Part shown: one piece after another, positions 56,134-64,000 of the stretch
Position numbering within the stretch: the stretch's first letter is position 1
Layout: the number at the start of each line of letters is the position of its first letter
IMG/VR virus record: IMGVR_UViG_3300021978_000001
Span: 288,001-352,000 of that record
Reading direction: 5' to 3' (one strand)
Length of the DNA stretch: 64,000 bases
DNA from: a virus
Lineage: Duplodnaviria; Caudoviricetes
Notes under the pieces: generated by a model
The model's database searches: none
What the model was told of the DNA's origin: nothing
The model's input: only the letters and a program-made list of their open reading frames with translations
Program-made: the position numbers and the translations under genes

Positions 56134-56919
56134 ATGAAGATCCCTACCGAACCGATCGCGCTCACAGAACTGCTCGACCTCTTGAAGAGCGGTCTCACCG
56201 AAGAGAACGCACGCTACACCATTTGGGAGAAAGATGACGGGACGTTGCGCTTCGATTTTCAAATGGGGCTTCCTCTTGAAGGCGGTCGTTGGAGCATCCA
56301 GCCCAAGCAATACTGGGATGTGGTGGAAGGGGAGACCTGGATCTCGCTGCGCCTCATGGGTTCTGTCAGCGATGCGCATTACATCTACAACCATCAACGT
56401 AGCTTCAAGGTGCACTCCTTAAAGTACAGTGAGCGTGCCATGATGAGGAAGTTCACGCATGCGATTCATGCGGTCCTGTGCGAGCGTCCCATCAAGCACA
56501 CGGTCAATGGTGAAGAGCGCATCTTCCGCATCATCCCATTCGACACCGAGCGCGTGACGTCCCAGGCGCATGATGCGCTGCATGACCTCGGGTTCGAGCA
56601 GGTGGAGTACCACCCGCATGGCCCTCGTTGGCAGCATGACCTCGGGGAGATCTGCTTGCGTCCGCTCGGTGCAGGCGTGCAGATCGAGGTGAAGCCTGGG
56701 GTCAATGTCGTGGAAGCGACCATGTTGCTCTCCCGAGCGCGTGAGGTCTTGACCACCGAGACGTATGCCATAAGCGCGGGGCCAGAGGCAACACGCATGT
56801 CTTGTGCATGGTGTGTGGATAGCCTCGATGTCTGGAGAAAGAAGGTCGAGCAGGAGGCAGACTCGCGCGCCTGGAAAGCGAGCCTTCGTAATGACCGTCA
56901 AAAGAGGGTGAGCTTGTGA
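56134..56919 (+). CDS. Hypothetical protein
   Basis: RBS GAGGAG. Confidence 0.8.
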   Translation: MKIPTEPIALTELLDLLKSGLTEENARYTIWEKDDGTLRFDFQMGLPLEGGRWSIQPKQYWDVVEGETWISLRLMGSVSDAHYIYNHQRSFKVHSLKYSERAMMRKFTHAIHAVLCERPIKHTVNGEERIFRIIPFDTERVTSQAHDALHDLGFEQVEYHPHGPRWQHDLGEICLRPLGAGVQIEVKPGVNVVEATMLLSRAREVLTTETYAISAGPEATRMSCAWCVDSLDVWRKKVEQEADSRAWKASLRNDRQKRVSL

Positions 56920-57527
56920 TTCAGGGTATCGACGAACTGTGCAACAGGATCGCGGCGGGTCACACGGGGATCGAGGTCGCACGTCTCGCCAAAGGCGTGC
57001 GTATCGGGAATCAGATCTTCAACCTCCAACCCGATCCGTATAGTCTCTGTGTTCGCCTGAGCATGTCTTATGGCGTACCGACCACGCCTCTGGCGGTCGA
57101 ACAACTTTGCCAGGGCGCGGGGCATTACTTGCTCGGGTTTATGGAGGAACGCCTCGCTCATGAGGTTCAGCCCGGGGATGTGCGTACTTTTATCGGGCTC
57201 GGGCCACAGGTACCGGACCCTGAAGGCCACGCGTTCCTCACAGAGCTTGGGTTCAAGAAGACGGGTTTTACAGGATGGGCGACCGAGTACACGCTCGGTG
57301 AGAAGTATGCGTGGGCCACGCTCGTGCTCCCCTGGCACAAGGGCGCCTCCATTCTCATCAAAATGGACGAGGTGACGTTCGCGTCTTCTCCGGCAATGCG
57401 ATCCTACCTCGAAAGCATGCGTCGCGTCTGCGAGCTGTGTGAGCTGTGTGAGCGCACCTTGGGGCGCCCTGTCGGTGTGGGTGGGCGTGCAATGGCGTCA
57501 GGTTTGCACACTGGAGAGGAAGAATGA
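56916..57527 (+). CDS. Hypothetical protein
   Basis: GTGA overlap. Confidence 0.75.
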   Translation: MIQGIDELCNRIAAGHTGIEVARLAKGVRIGNQIFNLQPDPYSLCVRLSMSYGVPTTPLAVEQLCQGAGHYLLGFMEERLAHEVQPGDVRTFIGLGPQVPDPEGHAFLTELGFKKTGFTGWATEYTLGEKYAWATLVLPWHKGASILIKMDEVTFASSPAMRSYLESMRRVCELCELCERTLGRPVGVGGRAMASGLHTGEEE

Positions 57528-57712
57528 CGGACAATGAGGAACTCATCGGGACCTTCGAGAGCTGTGAAGCGTTCGAGGACCACCTCGCGCGCGTCCTCGG
57601 GATGGCGCCGATGGAACACGGGTCGTTTTACGTGCGCGGCAACCACCATGACTCGAACGGATTATTTCTTGACGCTATTTACAGCTTGTGGTACATCATG
57701 GTAGACGAGTGA
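57524..57712 (+). CDS. Small hypothetical protein (possible truncated remnant)
   Basis: ATGA overlap; 3' end contains promoter 57669-57697. Confidence 0.5.
   Translation: MTDNEELIGTFESCEAFEDHLARVLGMAPMEHGSFYVRGNHHDSNGLFLDAIYSLWYIMVDE
57669..57697 (+). promoter_or_regulatory. Early-type promoter
   Basis: TTGACG-17-TACATC. Confidence 0.7.
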
Positions 57713-57736
57713 TTGAACTCCAAAGAGGCATGACAG

Positions 57737-58456
57737 ATGCGTGAAGAGACCACAAAGAAGATCCTGGACCAAACGTGCGAGGCGCTGCGTGCAGCGGGAT
57801 ACGACGTGAGCATGGGGCAAGATGCATGGGGCTACATCAATGGCTTGCGTGTCATTATTGGCGAGAGGCTCAGATTCTTCTACTTGGAGCGCAAGTATGC
57901 AGGCGACATGTGCATTGCGCGGTGGAACGGTGGGGCTATCAGTTATACCAGCCCCGGGCATTGTGGCGAGGCGCTTCGTGAGTATCTCTCGGATGACCAG
58001 AGCATCCTCGACCACTTCCCCTGGATCGAGACGTATGAAGATCTCCCGGTCAAGACCGAGCAGGGGGTCGAGCTGGTCAAGGATGGTGTCGAGGTCTTCG
58101 TGCATGTCGATGATGATCCCTGGCATGAGGAGGCGCTCGGGACCCTTCTGCGTCTCTTCCCACAGGTGACCTTGGCCCCACGAGGCCAAGGAGGGGGTGA
58201 TGCCATTACAATGTGGTACCAGAAGATCCATGTCGCCCCGACTGAACGGACTCTGCCCTGTACGATTCTTCTCCCGAGGTTCCGCGCGCTTGATTGGAGA
58301 TTGGAAGTTGGCCAGCATCGGAGCTTTGTTTCACCGGATGAGATGGAAGCGCACGCCCTGAAGTTTCGGGGCTTGAAAGAGCTGTATGCGACGATGCAGC
58401 GCGCGACCACGGGCCTCGACCTTCCGCGCGTTCCTGATACCTTGAGAGCGTCATGA
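57737..58456 (+). CDS. Hypothetical protein (distant family A C-terminus)
   Basis: EMEAHALKFRGLKELYATMQR. Confidence 0.8.
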   Translation: MREETTKKILDQTCEALRAAGYDVSMGQDAWGYINGLRVIIGERLRFFYLERKYAGDMCIARWNGGAISYTSPGHCGEALREYLSDDQSILDHFPWIETYEDLPVKTEQGVELVKDGVEVFVHVDDDPWHEEALGTLLRLFPQVTLAPRGQGGGDAITMWYQKIHVAPTERTLPCTILLPRFRALDWRLEVGQHRSFVSPDEMEAHALKFRGLKELYATMQRATTGLDLPRVPDTLRAS

Positions 58457-58536
58457 CCTAACATCGGGCGCTACAGGCGCTTGAAAGACCACTACATCAC
58501 CATGCAACGTTCGGTACGCTAACCTGGAGCTTTACC

Positions 58537-59085
58537 ATGCTCGTGAATCAATTCCCCTGGCAACTGATCTCTGCGACGTACCGTGCCGTGGAGCGAGAAG
58601 AGACCGGAGACAATACTTACGGCGTTCGCGCGTCCTGGGTATATCATCCGTGTGGATCAGAAGACGAGCACATCTTCGCGGTCATGCTGTTGCTCGACGA
58701 CGATGCGTTCGAGGTGCTAAAGGTCGTCCTGGAGTACAAGGCACCGGGCGGGGACTTTCTTCGATGCTTCGAGGACGCGCGGAGTCATCGAGACGCACTT
58801 TCGGTAAGTGTCTCGTATAGGCTATACAAAGAGGTCGGGCGTACTCATTTCGACCTCACCCAAGCGAAAGATGACGTTGTTGCGAACCTCTTCTATTCGG
58901 AAGCCGTGAAGTATCACTCGCATTGGCAACCGCCGTCAGGGGATGAGATCCCTTCGACGCTCTTCGAGTTGTTCGGTACCTTCGTCGAACAGGAAGATCG
59001 AAGAATATCCGAAGAACGAGCCGCGTGGTGGGCGGAGTATCGCAAGAACATTATATACAATGGCCGTCGCTTGGGAGAGGATTGA
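58537..59085 (+). CDS. Paralog family B member (MLVNQF)
   Basis: Beta-rich N-terminus W-x-Y/F; tandem with next three genes. Confidence 0.8.
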   Translation: MLVNQFPWQLISATYRAVEREETGDNTYGVRASWVYHPCGSEDEHIFAVMLLLDDDAFEVLKVVLEYKAPGGDFLRCFEDARSHRDALSVSVSYRLYKEVGRTHFDLTQAKDDVVANLFYSEAVKYHSHWQPPSGDEIPSTLFELFGTFVEQEDRRISEERAAWWAEYRKNIIYNGRRLGED

Positions 59086-59102
59086 GACATAAGGAGAAGA
59101 CC

Positions 59103-59603
59103 ATGCTCGAAAACATGTTCAAGTGGCAAGCAGGTGAGGTCAGTGTATCCCCTGCGTTGAAAGACGATGGAAACAACAACTTCGAGGGGGTCCATGCTCG
59201 TTGGAAGTTTCGACCTTTCGGGGAAGACACCGAGTATCAATTCGGGTTCACCTTGCTTTCGGGTGATGTGTTCTCGGACAAGCATGCCGCGCTCTTCCTC
59301 CTCTATCTCGAACCGGGCGAGGAGAACTACCGTCAGTGCTACCATGAGGTCAAGCCCATGGGAGAGCTTCCCTGGCTCAAGGAAGCACACGCGTTCCTTG
59401 TGACGTGTGACGCAGGTAAGAGCGAGAGCGCATCCCTGGAGCGCATCAAGGAGTTCCCCTCGCTCATGTCTCACGTCTACCGTCTCGCGTTCGCAAACCT
59501 TCCTTACTGGCGCTCGAAGCCTGGCAACGGCATCGACCGTGAAGCCTTCAAGGTATTCCAGGAGCACATCGAGACGTGTTACCGAAAGCATATCGAAGCG
59601 TGA
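59103..59603 (+). CDS. Paralog family B member (MLENMF)
   Basis: RBS AAGGAG; VHARWKF. Confidence 0.8.
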   Translation: MLENMFKWQAGEVSVSPALKDDGNNNFEGVHARWKFRPFGEDTEYQFGFTLLSGDVFSDKHAALFLLYLEPGEENYRQCYHEVKPMGELPWLKEAHAFLVTCDAGKSESASLERIKEFPSLMSHVYRLAFANLPYWRSKPGNGIDREAFKVFQEHIETCYRKHIEA

Positions 59604-59625
59604 TCAGGCACGCCCGCGTTTCCTC

Positions 59626-59654
59626 TTTACATATCTTCCCTCCTGTGGTAGCTT
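59626..59654 (+). promoter_or_regulatory. Early-type promoter
   Basis: TTTACA-17-TAGCTT. Confidence 0.7.
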
Positions 59655-59689
59655 TCTTCTCGTGACAGATTTTCCCGAGGTGTGGAGAG

Positions 59690-60214
59690 ATGTTAATCAA
59701 TATGTTTCGAGTGCTCCTGGCGCGCGATCAGGCGAAGTTGCCCTGGCGCTTCAATCACTTCCAGGTACGCACGGGGGGCGAGAAGCTCTCTTTCTATTGG
59801 ATGTTCGAGGTCGTCGGGCTTCGAGATGCACACGCGGACCCGGGGAGCAACCCTGCATCCTGTGCGCATGTGCTCTTTGATGTGACCTTCGAGGTGTGCC
59901 CCGAGCAAGCAGCGCAGAAAGGCATCTTCCATATCGGATTCAAGCCTCTGGACGCGCCAGAACCCCTGCTCCTGTGTAGCAAGCAAGAGAGCTTGATGAC
60001 CTTGCTCGCGCCCGAGCACCCGTTCATGGTACTTGTCCAGGCGATTTCGACATCCACACAAGAGAACCACCCGGACCTCGAATCCATGGCACAGACGGTC
60101 ATGGCTCCCTATGCTTCTCTGTGGGTGCAACACAACCCACAGAGCGAGATTTGCCGGTTGTTCGCCCAATACCTTCTCGACGCATACCCTGATGAATCGC
60201 TTGAAGACGAGTAG
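59690..60214 (+). CDS. Paralog family B member (MLINMF)
   Basis: LSFYWMF...CAHVLF. Confidence 0.8.
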   Translation: MLINMFRVLLARDQAKLPWRFNHFQVRTGGEKLSFYWMFEVVGLRDAHADPGSNPASCAHVLFDVTFEVCPEQAAQKGIFHIGFKPLDAPEPLLLCSKQESLMTLLAPEHPFMVLVQAISTSTQENHPDLESMAQTVMAPYASLWVQHNPQSEICRLFAQYLLDAYPDESLEDE

Positions 60215-60217
60215 ACC

Positions 60218-60814
60218 ATGTTGATCAATCACTTCAGCCTCCCCACGCTCTCCCTCGGTTATATCGAGGGGTGGCACCTGTATGACTTCTATGTCGAGCG
60301 TGTGGAATCTCCCCCGACCGTGCACCTGGTTTGGCAGTTCGCGTATCGTAATGGTGAAGACAAGGCGAGGCGTGATGAAAACGGCACGGGGCCAGAGTGC
60401 TACGCGCATTTCGACATGATCTACTACACGGGAGAGGTGGGTCTCTCTTCTCGCGGGGTTGACTTGACCTGGGTGTACTCAGGGCCGGAGGTCGAGAAGC
60501 CTGTAATCGCCAAGGACCCACACAGAGAGCGTCGGAAGATCCTCGATCCCTGGGAGATGGGGGACATTTACAAGGGCGTGGGTGCGTATGAAAGAGGCAT
60601 CCAAGAAGGGTTACCGTCTCATGAGATTCGCGCGCTCCTCGATGATCTCGAAGAGTCTGCGCGTGTTATTGCACGTCGCTACCTTGACGTCTGGCGCTCG
60701 GTGGAGCCCTTCCCGACCGTATTGTTCATGATGTACTTGAAGGGAAGCAAGGTGTACGATGCGCTCATGCAGGTTCGCTTTCCCCGAGAAGAGCATTTAC
60801 GAGAGGAACCTTGA
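60218..60814 (+). CDS. Paralog family B member (MLINHF)
   Basis: VHLVWQF...CYAHF. Confidence 0.8.
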   Translation: MLINHFSLPTLSLGYIEGWHLYDFYVERVESPPTVHLVWQFAYRNGEDKARRDENGTGPECYAHFDMIYYTGEVGLSSRGVDLTWVYSGPEVEKPVIAKDPHRERRKILDPWEMGDIYKGVGAYERGIQEGLPSHEIRALLDDLEESARVIARRYLDVWRSVEPFPTVLFMMYLKGSKVYDALMQVRFPREEHLREEP

Positions 60815-61575
60815 TGAGTGTGTTTGTCGAGACGGAAGAGGATCTGGAGATCGCGCTCCTCGGGGAACCCTACAAGCCTCTCCACAGCGGGGAAGAGGAA
60901 TGGCGCCTCTGGTATGACGAAATGGGGGAGGTTGTCAAGACTTATCGCGTGCAGTGGGAGTCTCCTGCATCTGATTGGTGGTGGATTGACGTGCACCAGA
61001 CTGGGCTCTACCTCATGCACCCCGAGCATGGCGAGGTGCATGTGTTGGACCTGCGCTTGCGTCACAGGAGTGGAGCTGTGTGGAGATCGCTCGAAGCATT
61101 CGAGCGATGGTATGAGACGGACCGTGAGTTACTCGTCCGCTCGGACTTGATCGCGTTCCTGCGGCCTTTGATTTCGATGGATCTCACATACAAGGATGGG
61201 ATGGGAGACCTCTTCCACTTCCCTGGGTGGGCGCGTCACACGTTGGCGCCTGATGCGAAGGCAGTGATCAAACGCGCGGGGTTTCAGAACACCCTCACGA
61301 GTACACGGGAAGCCGTCTTCCAGTTCAAGTGCACGAGCGGTGGGGTATCGCATGCGTCGGACTCCTTGCTCGTCATCCCGCTGTTCCCCTGTTATGTGCG
61401 TGAGAGACAAGCCTCGTGGCGTTGTGTGGGCGTGGATAACGCCAGGGTAAGCCTGACCACCGAGCGCAAGTTTATTGACGCCTGGGAGCTTCTGGAGCGT
61501 ACAGTGTTCAAGACCGAGTACCTTGTGACCGAGCATCACTTTGACTGGGGTGATCGGGTCGAGGGAGTAGGATGA
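60811..61575 (+). CDS. Paralog family C member
   Basis: DLFHFPGW, LVIPL, ERKFIDAWELLERTVF. Confidence 0.8.
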   Translation: MMSVFVETEEDLEIALLGEPYKPLHSGEEEWRLWYDEMGEVVKTYRVQWESPASDWWWIDVHQTGLYLMHPEHGEVHVLDLRLRHRSGAVWRSLEAFERWYETDRELLVRSDLIAFLRPLISMDLTYKDGMGDLFHFPGWARHTLAPDAKAVIKRAGFQNTLTSTREAVFQFKCTSGGVSHASDSLLVIPLFPCYVRERQASWRCVGVDNARVSLTTERKFIDAWELLERTVFKTEYLVTEHHFDWGDRVEGVG

Positions 61576-62264
61576 TGAGTGAATTGATCGTATGTGAGAA
61601 TGACCAGGAGCTTTACGATGCCTGGCTGGGAGCCATCGGTGAAGGCGGGGAGTGTCGGGTTGTGCGGCATAATCCTTCCGTTTATCCGACGTTCCTCACG
61701 TTCTTGCAGGGAGAGACTACTGAATGGGTGGCTCGGTTGTCTATGGGTGTGCACAAACGTCGGCATGCTCTGGGGAACCCAAAACACATGATGATGACTC
61801 TCTGTGCTCGGGACTGCGGTAGCAGTTCTCGAAACAAGTGGGCTTTCCAATACAGGTACAGGGATCACGAGGACCTGCCCGGTATTCTGGAGAAGATCGA
61901 GGGATGGGACCAAATGGACCTGCTGTTCAGGTTGGATGGGGAGCTGTTTCACTTCCCAGGATGGCGTCCCCTGGAGTTGGCGGAGGAAGCGAAGCGTGTC
62001 CTGGAAAGACACGGCGTGCTCACGGGCAACCCACACTCGCCCAACATGTACTCGACCATGGATTGGACCTTGGACGATGCACACTGCAACTCGACCCTGG
62101 TGATACCCCTTCATGCGTGTTACCCGAGGTACCGTAGGATCAACGGAGAGATGGCATCGGTCGAAGAGTCGCGTGCTGCGCTGGCGTCCGAGCGTCGTTT
62201 CCTGGATACCTGGGAGCTTCTGGAGCGCACGGTCTTTAACAAGCCCTACCTGATACCAAAATAG
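61572..62264 (+). CDS. Paralog family C member
   Basis: ELFHFPGW, LVIPL, ERRFLDTWELLERTVF. Confidence 0.8.
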   Translation: MMSELIVCENDQELYDAWLGAIGEGGECRVVRHNPSVYPTFLTFLQGETTEWVARLSMGVHKRRHALGNPKHMMMTLCARDCGSSSRNKWAFQYRYRDHEDLPGILEKIEGWDQMDLLFRLDGELFHFPGWRPLELAEEAKRVLERHGVLTGNPHSPNMYSTMDWTLDDAHCNSTLVIPLHACYPRYRRINGEMASVEESRAALASERRFLDTWELLERTVFNKPYLIPK

Positions 62265-62306
62265 GCATGACCTTCCTCGCCTTGGGGTGCTCTATCCAAT
62301 TACATC

Positions 62307-62335
62307 TTTACACGTCTTCCTTGTTGTGGTAGCTC
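62307..62335 (+). promoter_or_regulatory. Early-type promoter
   Basis: TTTACA-17-TAGCTC. Confidence 0.7.
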
Positions 62336-62356
62336 TAGTCTCAAGCAACGGAGGAT

Positions 62357-63076
62357 GTGATGCTGTACGACAACTTTAACGCGTTCGTAGCCGCGCTCGG
62401 GGAACACTTGCGTACCGAGGTGCGCGTATCGACGTCGGGCAACTATACGTCGATGACCCTACAAGAGCTGACCTTTCCTGAGTTTTACTTGCGGATGGTC
62501 TTGCATAGCAGGGTACCGCCCGGGTCTCCCCTGAACCATCACGTGACGTATGGGCGAGACTGTGAGCCTGTCGTCGCTTTGGTGGGTGCTCTGGATGGTC
62601 CTGTGTACGAGCATGTCGAGAGCTGTCTTACGCGCTTGAAGCAAGATGGGTACACAGATCGCGCGCTCGAACTCGTTAAAAAGCTCCAGGAATTTGCGGG
62701 CGATTGGACGCACCGCGAAAGGTTGTCTACTCGTGTGTTTCCGGGTTACCGTCAGTTTCGTATGACCGACCATGCGCGAAGACTGATGTGCGAGGCGGGC
62801 TTTGTCGAATGCACATACAGTGGGGGAGGATACGTCAACACCCCCGACCCCACGTCCACGTCCTGGACTCTGTGGCGCTTTCAGGAAACCTCGAATGTAC
62901 TCAATGTCTGGCATTACGCGGGCTTCGAGGAGTCTCAAGTCAGCTCGGAAGCTGCCCCGAGGTATTTCGATCGTGCCTACTTGCAGAAGCAACGACGCTT
63001 CATGGATGCCTGGGAGCTTGTGAGACGCTCGGTGTTTTCCGGGGATTATCTTGAGGAGGTCCTTGATGGACTATGA
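62357..63076 (+). CDS. Paralog family C member
   Basis: RVFPGY, QRRFMDAWELVRRSVF. Confidence 0.8.
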   Translation: MMLYDNFNAFVAALGEHLRTEVRVSTSGNYTSMTLQELTFPEFYLRMVLHSRVPPGSPLNHHVTYGRDCEPVVALVGALDGPVYEHVESCLTRLKQDGYTDRALELVKKLQEFAGDWTHRERLSTRVFPGYRQFRMTDHARRLMCEAGFVECTYSGGGYVNTPDPTSTSWTLWRFQETSNVLNVWHYAGFEESQVSSEAAPRYFDRAYLQKQRRFMDAWELVRRSVFSGDYLEEVLDGL

Positions 63077-63401
63077 GACCATCGAAGCCCACGTGAAATT
63101 CATCGTGCATTCCTCGACAGAGGCTTCTTCTCCGAGCCAGCAAGAGAGGTACATTCAGAGTGTGCTCATGCGTCTCTTGTACAACATGCTGGGGTACGCC
63201 AGGGCGCTTGCAGCGTTGTCTCATGCGGAGAATGCGGAACCAGAGACCCTTGCTTTGGCGGAAGACCTCAAGGCTGTCCTCGTGCGTTATGGGGTGCCGA
63301 AAGATGAGACGCAGCTCATGTACCTCCAGGGTGATCTCATCGAGTTGATTCATGAACACGAGCAGAGGAACACGCCGTGCATCCCCACGATTATACCTTG
63401 A
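63066..63401 (+). CDS. Hypothetical helical protein
   Basis: RBS GAGGAGG. Confidence 0.75.
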   Translation: MDYETIEAHVKFIVHSSTEASSPSQQERYIQSVLMRLLYNMLGYARALAALSHAENAEPETLALAEDLKAVLVRYGVPKDETQLMYLQGDLIELIHEHEQRNTPCIPTIIP

Positions 63402-63423
63402 TCCTTCGTAGGACGTTTTTTCG

Positions 63424-63517
63424 GGTCGCAGGTCCGCTAGAGTTCGGACACGGGAAATTCGTGCGCTCGGCACGATACCAACGCCCTTTTCCGTGTCTCG
63501 ACCTGACGTCTGAGACC
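63424..63517 (+). ncRNA. Candidate Y-RNA-like structured ncRNA
   Basis: CAGGTC(63429-34)/GACCTG(63500-05) with bulged C63435; GACACGGGAAA/TTTTCCGTGTC; TCGTGC/GCACGA; lies in about 450 nt with no convincing ORF. Confidence 0.4.
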
Positions 63518-63854
63518 TATGTGTCGCCTCATGGGATTCTCATGGGCGCGGGCTCGGGTACGTGGGGGTGGAGCTACAGGATACACCTGTACTTGAACAC
63601 GCGTCTCAAGATCGCGCGATGGCATGTGCATGGGCAGGGTGGCTTGCACGTTCCGTTCGCGGCTTGGGTGGGCAGGGTAAGCGAGCCCTTGTTGGCTCTG
63701 TTCCCTAATGATACCTGGGATACTTCACCGCTCTACCTCTCGTATGGGCACCCCGAGCACACGTATCGCGTGGTGGGTGAGACCCTCCCTGCGCATCGTC
63801 AGGAGCGGTTGGAGTACATCCATCGCGTCCTGGTGGAATATCTCGGTTTTTCTT

Positions 63855-63883
63855 TTTACGACAAGCATAACTTGTGGTATCGT
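63855..63883 (+). promoter_or_regulatory. Early-type promoter
   Basis: TTTACG-17-TATCGT. Confidence 0.75.
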
Positions 63884-63904
63884 CGTTATGTACGTGATGG
63901 GTTC

Positions 63905-64000
63905 ATGTTGCATGTCCCGGAGACGGTGGAAGCCGCGCTCAAGGTGACACACGCGTTCCCCCTGTACAATACAGACGATTTCGAGAGGGCGATCGACGCG
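63905..64000 (+). CDS. Hypothetical protein (5' part, runs off window)
   Basis: MLHVPETVEAALKV... open to edge, after promoter. Confidence 0.5.
   Translation, partial: MLHVPETVEAALKVTHAFPLYNTDDFERAIDA

Noticed and set aside
63437-63952. Short ORFs 63437..63649, 63708..63947, 63725..63952
   Set aside because: No RBS, atypical composition, and overlap with the promoter at 63855; region treated as non-coding
1-64000. Stop-codon reassignment
   Set aside because: Standard code gives dense, abutting ORFs ending in TAA, TAG and TGA with ATGA overlaps; no fragmented genes

Overview
This window looks like 64 kb of the non-structural (early/accessory) arm of a large, GC-rich dsDNA phage. It has about 100 short, tightly packed and mostly plus-strand genes. 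I found no host housekeeping operons, capsid/tail genes, tRNA, integrase or CRISPR array. Recognisable products: a CobS/CbbQ-like AAA+ ATPase (partial), an SLT lytic transglycosylase, an ECF sigma factor plus a second divergent sigma-like protein, a SWIM finger, a full-length Ro60/TROVE RNA-binding protein, a SprT-like and two other HExxH proteins, a metallophosphoesterase, an HAD (Swiss-army-knife type) protein, DUF3307, an LPD29-like protein and an aspartate carbamoyltransferase (pyrB). About 30 copies of one promoter (TTTACG or TTGACN, 17-18 nt, ending TRTGG, then TANNNN) drive the units. Isolated minus-strand genes carry a different upstream motif (GYTTRTAS). Most interesting: (1) a stand-alone phage protein that aligns motif-by-motif with CRISPR accessory Csx20, a candidate ring-nuclease anti-CRISPR; (2) Ro60 with a structured 5' leader, plus a separate ~90-nt non-coding hairpin carrying a Y-RNA-like GGUC-C-G/CGACC helix; (3) short N-terminal motifs shared across otherwise dissimilar proteins (M-L-x-N-x-F; FG[ED]VRS; R-[VL]-A-x-x-Y-L); (4) tandem paralog arrays in the last 14 kb; (5) a 110-bp ungapped duplicated non-coding element. 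All family calls come from reading motifs by eye; no searches were run.
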